A stretch of DNA of 64,000 nucleotides. Origin: an uncultured Candidatus Saccharibacteria bacterium (GTDB lineage Bacteria; Patescibacteriota; Saccharimonadia; Saccharimonadales; Saccharimonadaceae). Shown here piece by piece: positions 48,427 through 56,540 of the stretch (the stretch's first letter is position 1; each line of letters starts with the position of its first letter). The stretch lies in assembly GCA_963528575.1 (NCBI GenBank), contig CAURUS010000001.1:108807-172806 (forward strand), in the 5' to 3' direction. A model generated the notes under the pieces. The model did no database searches. It saw only the letters and a program-made list of their open reading frames with translations, and had not been told where the DNA came from. The position numbers and the translations under genes are program-made.

Positions 48427-48545
48427 GTCTACATCTAGAACATGTCCAATCGGGAGTTGATTCACACGCATAATGGGCAGCCGTTATCGGACGTGTGAAT
48501 TTACGTTCTAGGTGTAGACAGCCAATTTAACGGCTGTCCTTTTTG
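48427..48545 (+). ncRNA. Candidate structured RNA (sRNA or riboswitch-like leader), class unknown
   Basis: TACAAT at 48415-48420 places a TSS at about 48427. 15-bp P1 (48427-48441/48505-48519), 9-bp P2 (48460-48468/48492-48500), 7-bp P3 AUAAUGG-GCAG-CCGUUAU, 18-nt asymmetric loop, then a terminator. Confidence 0.55.
48517..48545 (+). terminator. Intrinsic terminator closing the structured RNA
   Basis: GACAGCC-aatttaac-GGCTGTC then CTTTTTG. Shares 3 nt with the P1 3' strand. Confidence 0.6.
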
Positions 48546-48572
48546 TTGGGCAGCATTCCTAAAGGAGGGATT

Positions 48573-49025
48573 ATGAATACAAAAGAGAAAAAGCCAATTT
48601 ACAAAAAGGTTTGGTTTTGGGTATTGGCTGTTGTCATCATAGGCGCAATTGGCGCTGGCATGAACGGCACAAAGAATCAAGCCAATGAAACGACCAAATC
48701 AACCAATAACTCGACAAGCCAACCACAACCGGAGCAAAAAACCAGTGAAAACAAAGCACGCTTGACACTGGATGACGGCTGGAAAATTGATAAAAGCAAT
48801 CAATATCTCACAAAGGTTGTCGGCACGGTTTCAAATAATTCTAACCAGGCAATTAATGGCTATATTCAAATTACTTTTTCAGGACTTGATGCTAGTGGCG
48901 CTAATGTCGGAGATTGTCTTGCTAATGCTAATACTGTTGATGCCAATGGCAAGTGGAAGTTTGAAGCAATGTGTTCTGGTCAAAATATCGAGACAGTACG
49001 GTTCAAAGAAATTACTGGGTTCTAA
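48573..49025 (+). CDS. Small membrane-anchored secreted protein, FxLYD-domain-like
   Basis: AAAGGAGGG RBS. One TM, then GTVSNNSNQAINGYIQITFSGLDASGANVG...NGKWKFEAM, resembling FxLYD domains from memory. Confidence 0.65.
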   Translation: MNTKEKKPIYKKVWFWVLAVVIIGAIGAGMNGTKNQANETTKSTNNSTSQPQPEQKTSENKARLTLDDGWKIDKSNQYLTKVVGTVSNNSNQAINGYIQITFSGLDASGANVGDCLANANTVDANGKWKFEAMCSGQNIETVRFKEITGF

Positions 49026-49055
49026 TTAATTATATAGACCGCAGCATGCAATAAT

Positions 49056-49083
49056 AAATAGTCCGACGTTTGCGGACTATTTT
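49056..49083. terminator. Bidirectional terminator
   Basis: aaatagtccg-acgtttg-cggactattt. Confidence 0.6.
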
Positions 49084-50056
49084 AATCTCTCTTTAACATC
49101 ACCATAAACGCTTCACTCGGAATGTCAACCTTGCCGAAGCGTTTCATACGCTTTTTGCCGCGAGCTTGTTTGGCGAGAAGTTTCTTTTTGCGGCTGACAT
49201 CGCCGCCGTAGAGGTAGCCGGTGACATCTTTGCGGTAAGCGCCGATGTTTTCGCGGGCGATAAATTTGCCGCCGATTGCCGCCTGTAATGCCACTTCAAA
49301 GCTCTGGCGCGGCACCACGTCTTTCAATTTCTTGACGATTTCGCGACCCAAACCTGGTGCCTCCGAACGGTGACACATCACGCTCAGCGCATCAACCATT
49401 TCGCCCGCTACATAAAAATCAACGCGCACCAAATCTTCCGGCTGATAGCCCGCCAGCTCATAATTAAACGAACCGTAGCCGCTGGTCACCGACTTCAATT
49501 GATCATAAAAATCCGTCAGCAGATTTGCCAGCGGCGCCGTAAAGGAAATCAGCGCCCGCTCGTCGATGTAGCTGAGGTTTTTCTGCCGGCCGCGCTTGGC
49601 GACAATCAGCTGAATCACCGCACCGATGTAGTCCTGCGGCACCACAATTTCACCGTCAATCCACGGCTCGCGAATTTCTTTGATCTGCGCTGGGTCAGGT
49701 AGTTCGCTGGCCGATTTGATATCCAACTCCTCGCCGTTCGTCAAACTAACTTGATAATCCGTACTCGGATTGGTGACGATGAGATCCAAATTATACTCGC
49801 GCTCCAGCCGCTCGCGAATGATATCCATGTGTAGAAGCCCCAAAAAGCCAATCCGCACACCATACCCCAACACTGGTGAATTCTCCGGCTCAAACTGCAG
49901 CGCTGAATCGCTCAGACTCAGCTTTTCAATAGCCTCTTTCAGGTCATTATAATCTTCGTTAGACACCGGAAAAAAGCCCGCGTAGACGAAGGGTTTAACT
50001 TCTTTGTAGCCGGGGAGGGGTTGGATGGTGATATGAGACATATTAGTAAAGTGCAT
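49082..50056 (-). CDS. lepA: Elongation factor 4 (LepA), C-terminal fragment (domains III, V, CTD) of a split gene
   Basis: ...ITIQPLPGYKEVKPFVYAGFFPV...GFLGLLHMDIIRERLEREY...YGGDVSRKKKLL..QARGKKRMK. Continues exactly where ORF 53912..54898 stops. Confidence 0.9.
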   Translation of the reverse strand: MHFTNMSHITIQPLPGYKEVKPFVYAGFFPVSNEDYNDLKEAIEKLSLSDSALQFEPENSPVLGYGVRIGFLGLLHMDIIRERLEREYNLDLIVTNPSTDYQVSLTNGEELDIKSASELPDPAQIKEIREPWIDGEIVVPQDYIGAVIQLIVAKRGRQKNLSYIDERALISFTAPLANLLTDFYDQLKSVTSGYGSFNYELAGYQPEDLVRVDFYVAGEMVDALSVMCHRSEAPGLGREIVKKLKDVVPRQSFEVALQAAIGGKFIARENIGAYRKDVTGYLYGGDVSRKKKLLAKQARGKKRMKRFGKVDIPSEAFMVMLKRD

Positions 50057-50111
50057 TATAACATTTTTGTCCGAAGACGTCGATTAAGCAACGTATTTCA
50101 CAAAAACCACG

Positions 50112-50831
50112 CTAATTGATATACCGCTCAATACGCTTAGCTCGCAGAGTTAGCACCTCAGTCAAGCCTTGCAAATATGCCGTATACTGCTCAACAGTCT
50201 GAGGTAACGGTGACGATTGAAAATCATCAAAATCTGTTAGTATTTTAACTTGGTATTTATCATCAACAAAATCTTGCAACAAGAAAAAATCGACATAGCC
50301 CTGAAAATCACCAAACCACTCAAAAAAGTCACGATAACGATCAAAAACATTAGCGAGTGGGCTGTCTTTACCTTGATACCAGCGGGCAATACATTCTAAA
50401 GTCAGGTCAAACCGATCACCAATTTTGCGGTGCCAACCTCTCGCACGATTGATGGTCTGCGTTCCGCCGCGTAGTTCGCTGGGGAAAATAATCTCTGAGC
50501 CGATGCGCCAATCAATATTATCTATTGCCGTCAAAGTATCTCGTGATGTCTGCTCAACAATCAGCTTATTGCGCTTCCAAGTTTCAAAAGTAGCTACCAT
50601 ATTATCACTTGAAACAGGAATCTGGCGCCGACCATCACTAGCCATCAAGTACGCTCCTTGATCCAACATAGTCAGCTGACGACCGTCAGGCAGTGGTTTA
50701 GTCCATAATTCAGCATGATAGCGCTTTAACGTCGGGCTGTGCTGATCTGGATCTTTATTGTTAGCGTCTTGACGACAATCAAACCAAACATCAATCATTA
50801 GTGTCGCTCCTTTCTTGGTACTAATTTGCAT
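50112..50831 (-). CDS. Hypothetical protein (239 aa), unknown family
   Basis: ORF trimmed to ATG 50831 because the 50990 start overlaps the upstream gene by 130 nt. Acidic C-terminus FFEWFGDFQGYVDFFLLQDFVDD. Confidence 0.6.
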   Translation of the reverse strand: MQISTKKGATLMIDVWFDCRQDANNKDPDQHSPTLKRYHAELWTKPLPDGRQLTMLDQGAYLMASDGRRQIPVSSDNMVATFETWKRNKLIVEQTSRDTLTAIDNIDWRIGSEIIFPSELRGGTQTINRARGWHRKIGDRFDLTLECIARWYQGKDSPLANVFDRYRDFFEWFGDFQGYVDFFLLQDFVDDKYQVKILTDFDDFQSSPLPQTVEQYTAYLQGLTEVLTLRAKRIERYIN

Positions 50832-50859
50832 ATCGCATACAATATACAAATTAAAATAC

Positions 50860-51843
50860 TCAATCCGCCGCAATAACGTCCCCAACAGACCGCCGCTTGG
50901 AATAAGCCTGCCGCTCGCCATAGCCGATGCGTAGCAAAATAGTCGGGTATTCTCCAGCCAGACCCAGCGTCCTTGCCATCTCTGAGGCAATCTCTGCTTC
51001 TTCGTTTGGCTGGTTCAGATAGGCATGAGCGATCCCAAGTTCCGTGGCAGTCAGTAAGAAACGCTGCAGCGTCCGACCCAAGTTCACCCATTCGCGCCGA
51101 CTATTTTCTCTCGTCGTAAAAAGAACCAGATGAGAAGCCGATGCTATCTTTTCGCGATCGGCCTTATTCTGCATCTTAGCATTGATAGCCATCGACATGA
51201 TTGGCTCAGCCATCCAGCGCGGCACATTAGGCGCGCCAAACACGGCGTAACTCAGCCCATCAAGTGTTTGATCTTGATGCTTCTTATTAAATCGCATCCA
51301 GCTTTTCAATTCAGCCTTAAACGCCTCTTTTTGCATTTGACGCGTATTGCCCTGAAGAACGTATTGCTCAATATCATTAAACTGTTTAGTTTGACGCGCG
51401 TAATAATGAACCGAGATACCCTTTTCACTGCGGATAGATTGTAATTTCTTTAGTACATCTAAGGCAATTTCCTCACCGTTATAAACACTGCGGTTAGTCT
51501 GCCGCGCGTCTATCTGATTGAACAATGGATTTGGCTTAATATCCGCCTTTTCCATGAGCGAAACCGTGATAACCCCCTTATCACCAACCGAAACGGCAGA
51601 TTTATAGCCCTTAGTTTGCGCCGCCAAGCAAAGATTCTCTACTGCACAGCCCAAACTCACAAACAACTCCCTGTCATCAGGATCAACTACCGGCAGCCTT
51701 CTGTCAAAATCAGGGTGAATTTCTACTGCCGACTCGTTCTGACGAAAGCGCCACGGCTGAGTATTATGACCTGATGGCGCCTTGACAGCTTGCGCAACCA
51801 AAAATTCAAAGTTAGCTGATGATATATTGTTACTGCGAGACAT
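50860..51843 (-). CDS. Nitroreductase-family (tandem-domain, Acg-like) FMN oxidoreductase
   Basis: AVKAPSGHNTQPWRF motif, about 330 aa. Alternative starts at 51852 and 51864. Confidence 0.75.
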   Translation of the reverse strand: MSRSNNISSANFEFLVAQAVKAPSGHNTQPWRFRQNESAVEIHPDFDRRLPVVDPDDRELFVSLGCAVENLCLAAQTKGYKSAVSVGDKGVITVSLMEKADIKPNPLFNQIDARQTNRSVYNGEEIALDVLKKLQSIRSEKGISVHYYARQTKQFNDIEQYVLQGNTRQMQKEAFKAELKSWMRFNKKHQDQTLDGLSYAVFGAPNVPRWMAEPIMSMAINAKMQNKADREKIASASHLVLFTTRENSRREWVNLGRTLQRFLLTATELGIAHAYLNQPNEEAEIASEMARTLGLAGEYPTILLRIGYGERQAYSKRRSVGDVIAAD

Positions 51844-51899
51844 TCTTACCATAATTCTACCCAATACGCGAGCCTTCCCATCTCGTTAGCTACTTCTTA

Positions 51900-52010
51900 T
51901 GACCAAGTATACTCGCCCTATAGGAGCGAGGTCAATCAATATCACCAAGACTAAGCTTTCAGCCATTCTTCTTGAAATCATTGTAATCTTCGTTGGATGC
52001 CAGGAAAAAT
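51900..52010 (-). pseudogene. lepA: Degenerate duplicate of a lepA segment (corresponds to FFPVSNEDYNDLKEAIEKLSLSD of the C-fragment)
   Basis: 51978-52009 tcattgtaatcttcgttggatgccaggaaaaa versus lepA 49944-49975 tcattataatcttcgttagacaccggaaaaaa (26 of 32 identical). Translates FFLASNEDYNDFKKNG*, then KLSLGD after a frameshift. Confidence 0.7.
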
Positions 52011-52135
52011 ATTATTAGATTCTAACTATTTGGTATTATATCAGCTCAGCGTTTTCGTATAAACGCACAATAAATCGCTCCTTGCACGCCTATTTATTCT
52101 CAGCGAATTATTCCTTGCGCATACTGCGGCCTAAT

Positions 52136-52606
52136 TTATAACTGCTCAAAAATCTTATGAGCTTGATTCTTGCCAATAGTCTGAATCAATTCAGCGTAGC
52201 CCATCCACCGCCCGCGTTTAGTTTTGTCGCGACGATAATCCTTCTCATCGGTGATATCGCCCTTAACTATCGCATCAACATTATGCCAAGCAATCCAAGG
52301 TGTATCATCGCTCATAAAGCTATAATCTAGATGAACATGATTTTCGTTGATTAGTTTATAGTCTGACGACGAAAATCCGCGTGCGTACAACTCACGTAGA
52401 ATAACGTCTGCCAGCTCGACAAAACTGTCAGCCGTAACGTATAAAAAGTCATCATACTCCTCGCCAAGCTCGTACGATCGACCATTCATAAAAACACAAT
52501 GCAAATCATCGTCGACAACTTTTTCATCCAGCCACACGCGGCGGTCGCGTGCTATCGGAATCACCCGGCAGCTAATTTTCTCTGTAAAATTTTTGAAGTT
52601 ATTCAT
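52136..52606 (-). CDS. Hypothetical cytosolic protein (156 aa)
   Basis: ORF 19 nt downstream of the preceding gene. No motif recognised. Confidence 0.55.
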   Translation of the reverse strand: MNNFKNFTEKISCRVIPIARDRRVWLDEKVVDDDLHCVFMNGRSYELGEEYDDFLYVTADSFVELADVILRELYARGFSSSDYKLINENHVHLDYSFMSDDTPWIAWHNVDAIVKGDITDEKDYRRDKTKRGRWMGYAELIQTIGKNQAHKIFEQL

Positions 52607-52625
52607 TCTGTATCCAATTTCCGCC

Positions 52626-53264
52626 TCATGCGCTTTGCGTATCTATATACGATGCGCTATTTAATATTTCTTCAAATACTTTACTATTTTGTTTCCAATA
52701 TTCATTGTAAGAGAATACCGATATGTAACGAAGACATCCGTCTTCGCGGCCAACAGCTAAGCGTGTTACCATTTTAGTATTTTCAGGTCGAGAACCGCAA
52801 CTTGATGTAATTCTAACAATACCAACTAAACCATTTTGTTCCAAAGTATCGTCCTTGATATCGACAGTCGCTTGACAATTTTCCAATCCCTTAATAGTAA
52901 AGAATCTTTTCGCGTCTTCGCGCAACTCTTTGCTATCATAAGCCATTTTGCGCACTAATTCATAAGCTTCATCAGGCGCAGCTGGTAACACCAACCGCTC
53001 CGAATCCTGAGTCACGCCAACACCGCTAATTGACTTATTATCCTTGCCCAGTTTATCGCCGTAACCTTCAGTTTTACCGTTTTTTACATCAATCCTTTGC
53101 CACTGCTTTGGTATTAGAAAACGGGTTTTCTGAGTTCTTGCTTCAACCAAATTTTTACTTTTCAGATAGACTGGCACTTCATGCAGCAAATAATCATACG
53201 AAGTATAAGCGCTTACACTGAAACACACTAAAGCTAAGATTAATTTGAGTATTTTTGTTTTCAT
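52626..53264 (-). CDS. Hypothetical secreted protein/lipoprotein candidate (212 aa)
   Basis: Signal-like MKTKILKLILALVCFSVSAYT. TAAAAT lies 6 nt upstream of the ATG. Confidence 0.55.
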   Translation of the reverse strand: MKTKILKLILALVCFSVSAYTSYDYLLHEVPVYLKSKNLVEARTQKTRFLIPKQWQRIDVKNGKTEGYGDKLGKDNKSISGVGVTQDSERLVLPAAPDEAYELVRKMAYDSKELREDAKRFFTIKGLENCQATVDIKDDTLEQNGLVGIVRITSSCGSRPENTKMVTRLAVGREDGCLRYISVFSYNEYWKQNSKVFEEILNSASYIDTQSA

Positions 53265-53292
53265 TTGTACATTTTAATAATAGCACACGTTC

Positions 53293-53901
53293 CTACAGTT
53301 CTACATCCGGCAAGTCCTTCAATTTCTTGCCATCAAAACAAAAGTAGGCTGCACCCTGGTACGCGCCGCTATCATTAACTTGATTCCTGTCCTCAAATAT
53401 TTTTCGCACCAGCGGCGACAAAAACCACCTCTGCCCGCCGTACTCAACTTCGCGTTCACCGACAACTTTAGCGACAATCGTCTGGTCTTTACTAAAGACA
53501 ATTTTATCGCCGTTTTTGAGGCCTTTTCGATAAAAGCTAAACTTTTGATTACTGTTCTTGGCTTTGGTGATTTTATCAAATTCCGCTTCTTTATTTTTCT
53601 GCTCCGGAAAGACCACCTCGCCCTCAAACGACAGCAACAGTTGTCGCACCAAATCATAATCAAGCGCAAAAAGCTCGCTACTACCGACTCGATGCTTGGC
53701 AAATATTTCGTGCAATAGCGTTTCTTTTTCGGAATAATCAGCCACCTCGATCGCAAACAACCGCTTCAAACCAACCACATTGTAGTAGCCGTTCGCCTCG
53801 AGAAAGCGCATCCGCTCTGGGTACTGCTTGGTTTGTGTCTTGCCGATTTTGATAAGACCTGACACTGCAGTGGTCATGACGTAGATGATACCTTTGCTCA
53901 C
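53293..53901 (-). CDS. T5orf172 (GIY-YIG superfamily) domain protein with C-terminal DUF4357/RAMA-like domain
   Basis: GIIYVMTT...GLIKIGKTQT...RMRFL...EKETLLHEIFAKHRV..SELFAL. GTG start 6 nt after AGGAGG, 10 nt downstream of the lepA N-fragment stop. Confidence 0.75.
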   Translation of the reverse strand: MSKGIIYVMTTAVSGLIKIGKTQTKQYPERMRFLEANGYYNVVGLKRLFAIEVADYSEKETLLHEIFAKHRVGSSELFALDYDLVRQLLLSFEGEVVFPEQKNKEAEFDKITKAKNSNQKFSFYRKGLKNGDKIVFSKDQTIVAKVVGEREVEYGGQRWFLSPLVRKIFEDRNQVNDSGAYQGAAYFCFDGKKLKDLPDVEL

Positions 53902-53911
53902 TTCTAGCCTC

Positions 53912-54898
53912 CTATTTGGTCTCTTTCGTGAAGTACTTCTTCAGCGTCACCGTATCACCCACCCGCGCTTCACGCGTGGTTTTTAGGTTGGTGACGATGT
54001 AGCCAATTTCACCAGTATCCAGCGATGGGTCGGCAATCATACCGGGGCTAAGGTGACCAACTTCTAGTGCCAAACCATTAGCACTGGTCGCCATCATGTG
54101 AATCGCTTCGCCTTTTTTAATCTGGCCGTCAACCACTCGCACGTACAAAATCACACCGCGGTAATCATCATAATAACTATCAAAAATCAGCGCCCGTGTC
54201 GGATCGTCCGGCTGGCCAGTTGGTGCTGGGATTCGCTCAACAATCGCCTCCAAAACCTGATCGACATTCTGCCCGGTTTTAGCAGAAATATGAATAATTT
54301 CGCTTTCATCACAGCCCAGCAAATTGATCACCTGCTTGGACACCCGTGGTACATCGGCAGCCGGCAAATCAACCTTGTTGAGCACTGGGATAATCGTGAG
54401 ATCTTGCTCCATCGCCAGGTACACATTCGCCAGCGTCTGCGCCTGAATGCCCTGGCTGGCGTCAACCACCAACAACGCGCCCTCGCACGCCTGCAGGCTG
54501 CGCGATACTTCGTAGCTAAAATCGACATGGCCGGGCGTATCGATAAGGTTGAGATCGTAAGTAACCGACCGCAACGGCCTGTTAGCATCGACTTCGCTGG
54601 CACTTTTCTCTTCAGGCCGCTCGGCCGCCAACTGATCTAGCTTGCGCTCTTGGCCTCGCTTTGCCGGAAAGGCAAAGCCTTCAGAGAAAAGACCAGCAGC
54701 AGTCGACTGATATCTCATCCGCACCGGCGCGAGCTTAATGGTGATGCCCTTTTCACGCTCCAAATCCATCGAATCCAGCAGTTGCGACTTCATCTCGCGC
54801 TTCTCCACCGTCCCCGTCATCTCCATCATCCGATCCGCCAGCGTCGATTTGCCGTGATCGATATGAGCAATGATGCAAAAATTACGGATACGCTCCAC
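53912..54898 (-). CDS. lepA: Elongation factor 4 (LepA), N-terminal fragment (G domain plus domain II) of a split gene
   Basis: [37 protein letters not shown]. Ends ...[21 protein letters not shown]. Confidence 0.9.
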   Translation of the reverse strand: MERIRNFCIIAHIDHGKSTLADRMMEMTGTVEKREMKSQLLDSMDLEREKGITIKLAPVRMRYQSTAAGLFSEGFAFPAKRGQERKLDQLAAERPEEKSASEVDANRPLRSVTYDLNLIDTPGHVDFSYEVSRSLQACEGALLVVDASQGIQAQTLANVYLAMEQDLTIIPVLNKVDLPAADVPRVSKQVINLLGCDESEIIHISAKTGQNVDQVLEAIVERIPAPTGQPDDPTRALIFDSYYDDYRGVILYVRVVDGQIKKGEAIHMMATSANGLALEVGHLSPGMIADPSLDTGEIGYIVTNLKTTREARVGDTVTLKKYFTKETK

Positions 54899-54899
54899 T

Positions 54900-56537
54900 C
54901 TAACGCCTCACTCTGCCGAATAGCAGCTGTCGTAATTTCGCAACAATCGGATCCGCCTCTTCAAGCTTAAATACTTTGCTTAAAGCTATATATACCGCAA
55001 AACTCACCACCACAATAACGGTAAACTTCGGGAAAACCGCCATAAAATTCATATCGCGCGACTGCAGCTGTAACATCTGTACTACAAAATAAGTCACCAC
55101 ACCCATAATTGCACTGGCAATCATCATAGTAATAATACTGCGCAGTGTCTTGCGATTAAAAATACCTGGTGTACGTACGTGCAATATAGTTAGCAAAATC
55201 GCAATCTCTACCACCGAAACAATTGATTGCGCCCAGGCCAAACCAAACACCCCCCAGCCGAACAGCTGCGTGAAAATTATTGCCAATACAATATTCAATG
55301 ATATCGTCGCTATCGAAATATACAGAGGCGTTCGCGTGTCTTGCTGTGCATAGAATGTTCGCGCCATAATATGATAAAGCGTCCGGAAGAATATTGATAT
55401 CACCAACGCGCCGAGAACACTAGCAATCGCCGGCTGCCCGCCGTTCTTGATAAACGCCACCACATAACCACGCGCAAAGAAAGTAATCACAGCAATCGGC
55501 AAGGCCAACCAGACAATCCAGCGGAAAACCGAGCGCAACTCTTTCTTGAAGAGGTCAACTCGCCCTTCCGCTAGCCGTTCAGTCATCCGCGGAAAAGCCG
55601 CATTGCTAATAGCTACGCCGACTAGATTTACCGGCATCAAACTCAAGCTTGACGCCTGCTGGTAAACACGCATAATTCCGTCGCCCATCCGTGACGCTAG
55701 ATTAATTTCAACAATTCCATTAAAATAATCAATCCCTTGATCAATTGAGCGCGGCGGTAGAAGTTTCAAAACTTGGCGAAAACCTTTGTTACGCCAAGAA
55801 ATCACCGGGCGATAGTCAAAGTTTACGCCAACCAGACCAATTGAACTAACCACCAGCTGCAAAATTGCCCCTAGCACCACGCCAAGAGCCACGCCCATAA
55901 TGCCGCCTTCAAAAATCTGCCAGCCAAAAATATTAATGCCGTTAGTGAAATACTTAGCACCGACGACGATACCTAGATTATAGATGGTTGGTGCAAGCGC
56001 CAAAAAAGTAAACCGGCCGATTGCCTGCTGCATACTCGATACTACTGTCGCAATCGCAAACAAAAACGGATTGACGGCAATTATACGCATCATACTCACC
56101 GCCAAAGCATGTCCTTGTTCGCCAAAGCCCGGGCCAACAACATAGCGCACCAGCGGGTCGGCAAAGATGATAATCAGCACGCTAGTGATTAACGTCAATA
56201 CCGCAAAGAGATTCAGTAAGCTTGAACTCAGCTCCCACGCCGATCGCTTATTGCCGCTCGCCAAACGCTGATTAAACACTGGGATAAACGATACGCTCAA
56301 AGCGCCCGACACTAGCAGGAAATACATAAAATCCGGCACGGTAAACGCCGCTACATAGGCATCAGCACCCACTTTATAAGTGTCTAGGTACATGCCATTA
56401 ATTAAACGATCGCGGTAAATCCCCAGCAAGCTTGACAGCATTGTCGATCCAGACAGCAGAATTGCCGCCCACTGTACTGACAATTTGCTATTCGCTTTCG
56501 CAACAACCGACCGTACTCGACTTCCTCGCCCCGCCAT
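54900..56537 (-). CDS. murJ: Lipid II flippase MurJ (MviN)
   Basis: 545 aa, 14-TM MOP-family pattern, N-term ...[14 protein letters not shown]...[18 protein letters not shown]. Confidence 0.88.
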   Translation of the reverse strand: MAGRGSRVRSVVAKANSKLSVQWAAILLSGSTMLSSLLGIYRDRLINGMYLDTYKVGADAYVAAFTVPDFMYFLLVSGALSVSFIPVFNQRLASGNKRSAWELSSSLLNLFAVLTLITSVLIIIFADPLVRYVVGPGFGEQGHALAVSMMRIIAVNPFLFAIATVVSSMQQAIGRFTFLALAPTIYNLGIVVGAKYFTNGINIFGWQIFEGGIMGVALGVVLGAILQLVVSSIGLVGVNFDYRPVISWRNKGFRQVLKLLPPRSIDQGIDYFNGIVEINLASRMGDGIMRVYQQASSLSLMPVNLVGVAISNAAFPRMTERLAEGRVDLFKKELRSVFRWIVWLALPIAVITFFARGYVVAFIKNGGQPAIASVLGALVISIFFRTLYHIMARTFYAQQDTRTPLYISIATISLNIVLAIIFTQLFGWGVFGLAWAQSIVSVVEIAILLTILHVRTPGIFNRKTLRSIITMMIASAIMGVVTYFVVQMLQLQSRDMNFMAVFPKFTVIVVVSFAVYIALSKVFKLEEADPIVAKLRQLLFGRVRR

Positions 56538-56540
56538 AGT

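Larger units (their letters stand above)
50057..53911 (-). mobile_element. 3.85-kb inserted gene cassette(s) interrupting lepA (no integrase/transposase seen)
   Basis: Five same-strand ORFs unrelated to translation lie between the two lepA halves. Visibly AT-richer than the flanks. Contains a T5orf172/GIY-YIG-like gene and a degenerate duplicate of a lepA segment. Confidence 0.7.

Noticed and set aside
48427-48519. Interpreting the long hairpin as SRP (4.5S) RNA or as a MITE
   Set aside because: It lacks the conserved SRP domain IV sequence (GGAA tetraloop, AGCAGC strand). I saw no target-site duplication or second copy in the window that would indicate a MITE. The class is therefore left open.
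50798-51091. ORF 50798..51091 and the N-terminal 53 residues of ORF 50112..50990
   Set aside because: They overlap the 3' end of the nitroreductase gene in other frames. The downstream ATG 50831 leaves a normal 28-nt intergenic gap.
50057-53911. Intein, intron or programmed frameshift as an explanation for the split lepA
   Set aside because: The intervening DNA holds five independent ORFs with their own starts and stops in different frames. I saw no Hint/intein blocks (no Cys/Ser-…-HN junctions) and no obvious group I/II intron structure. The N-fragment ends at a genuine in-frame stop followed by an RBS.
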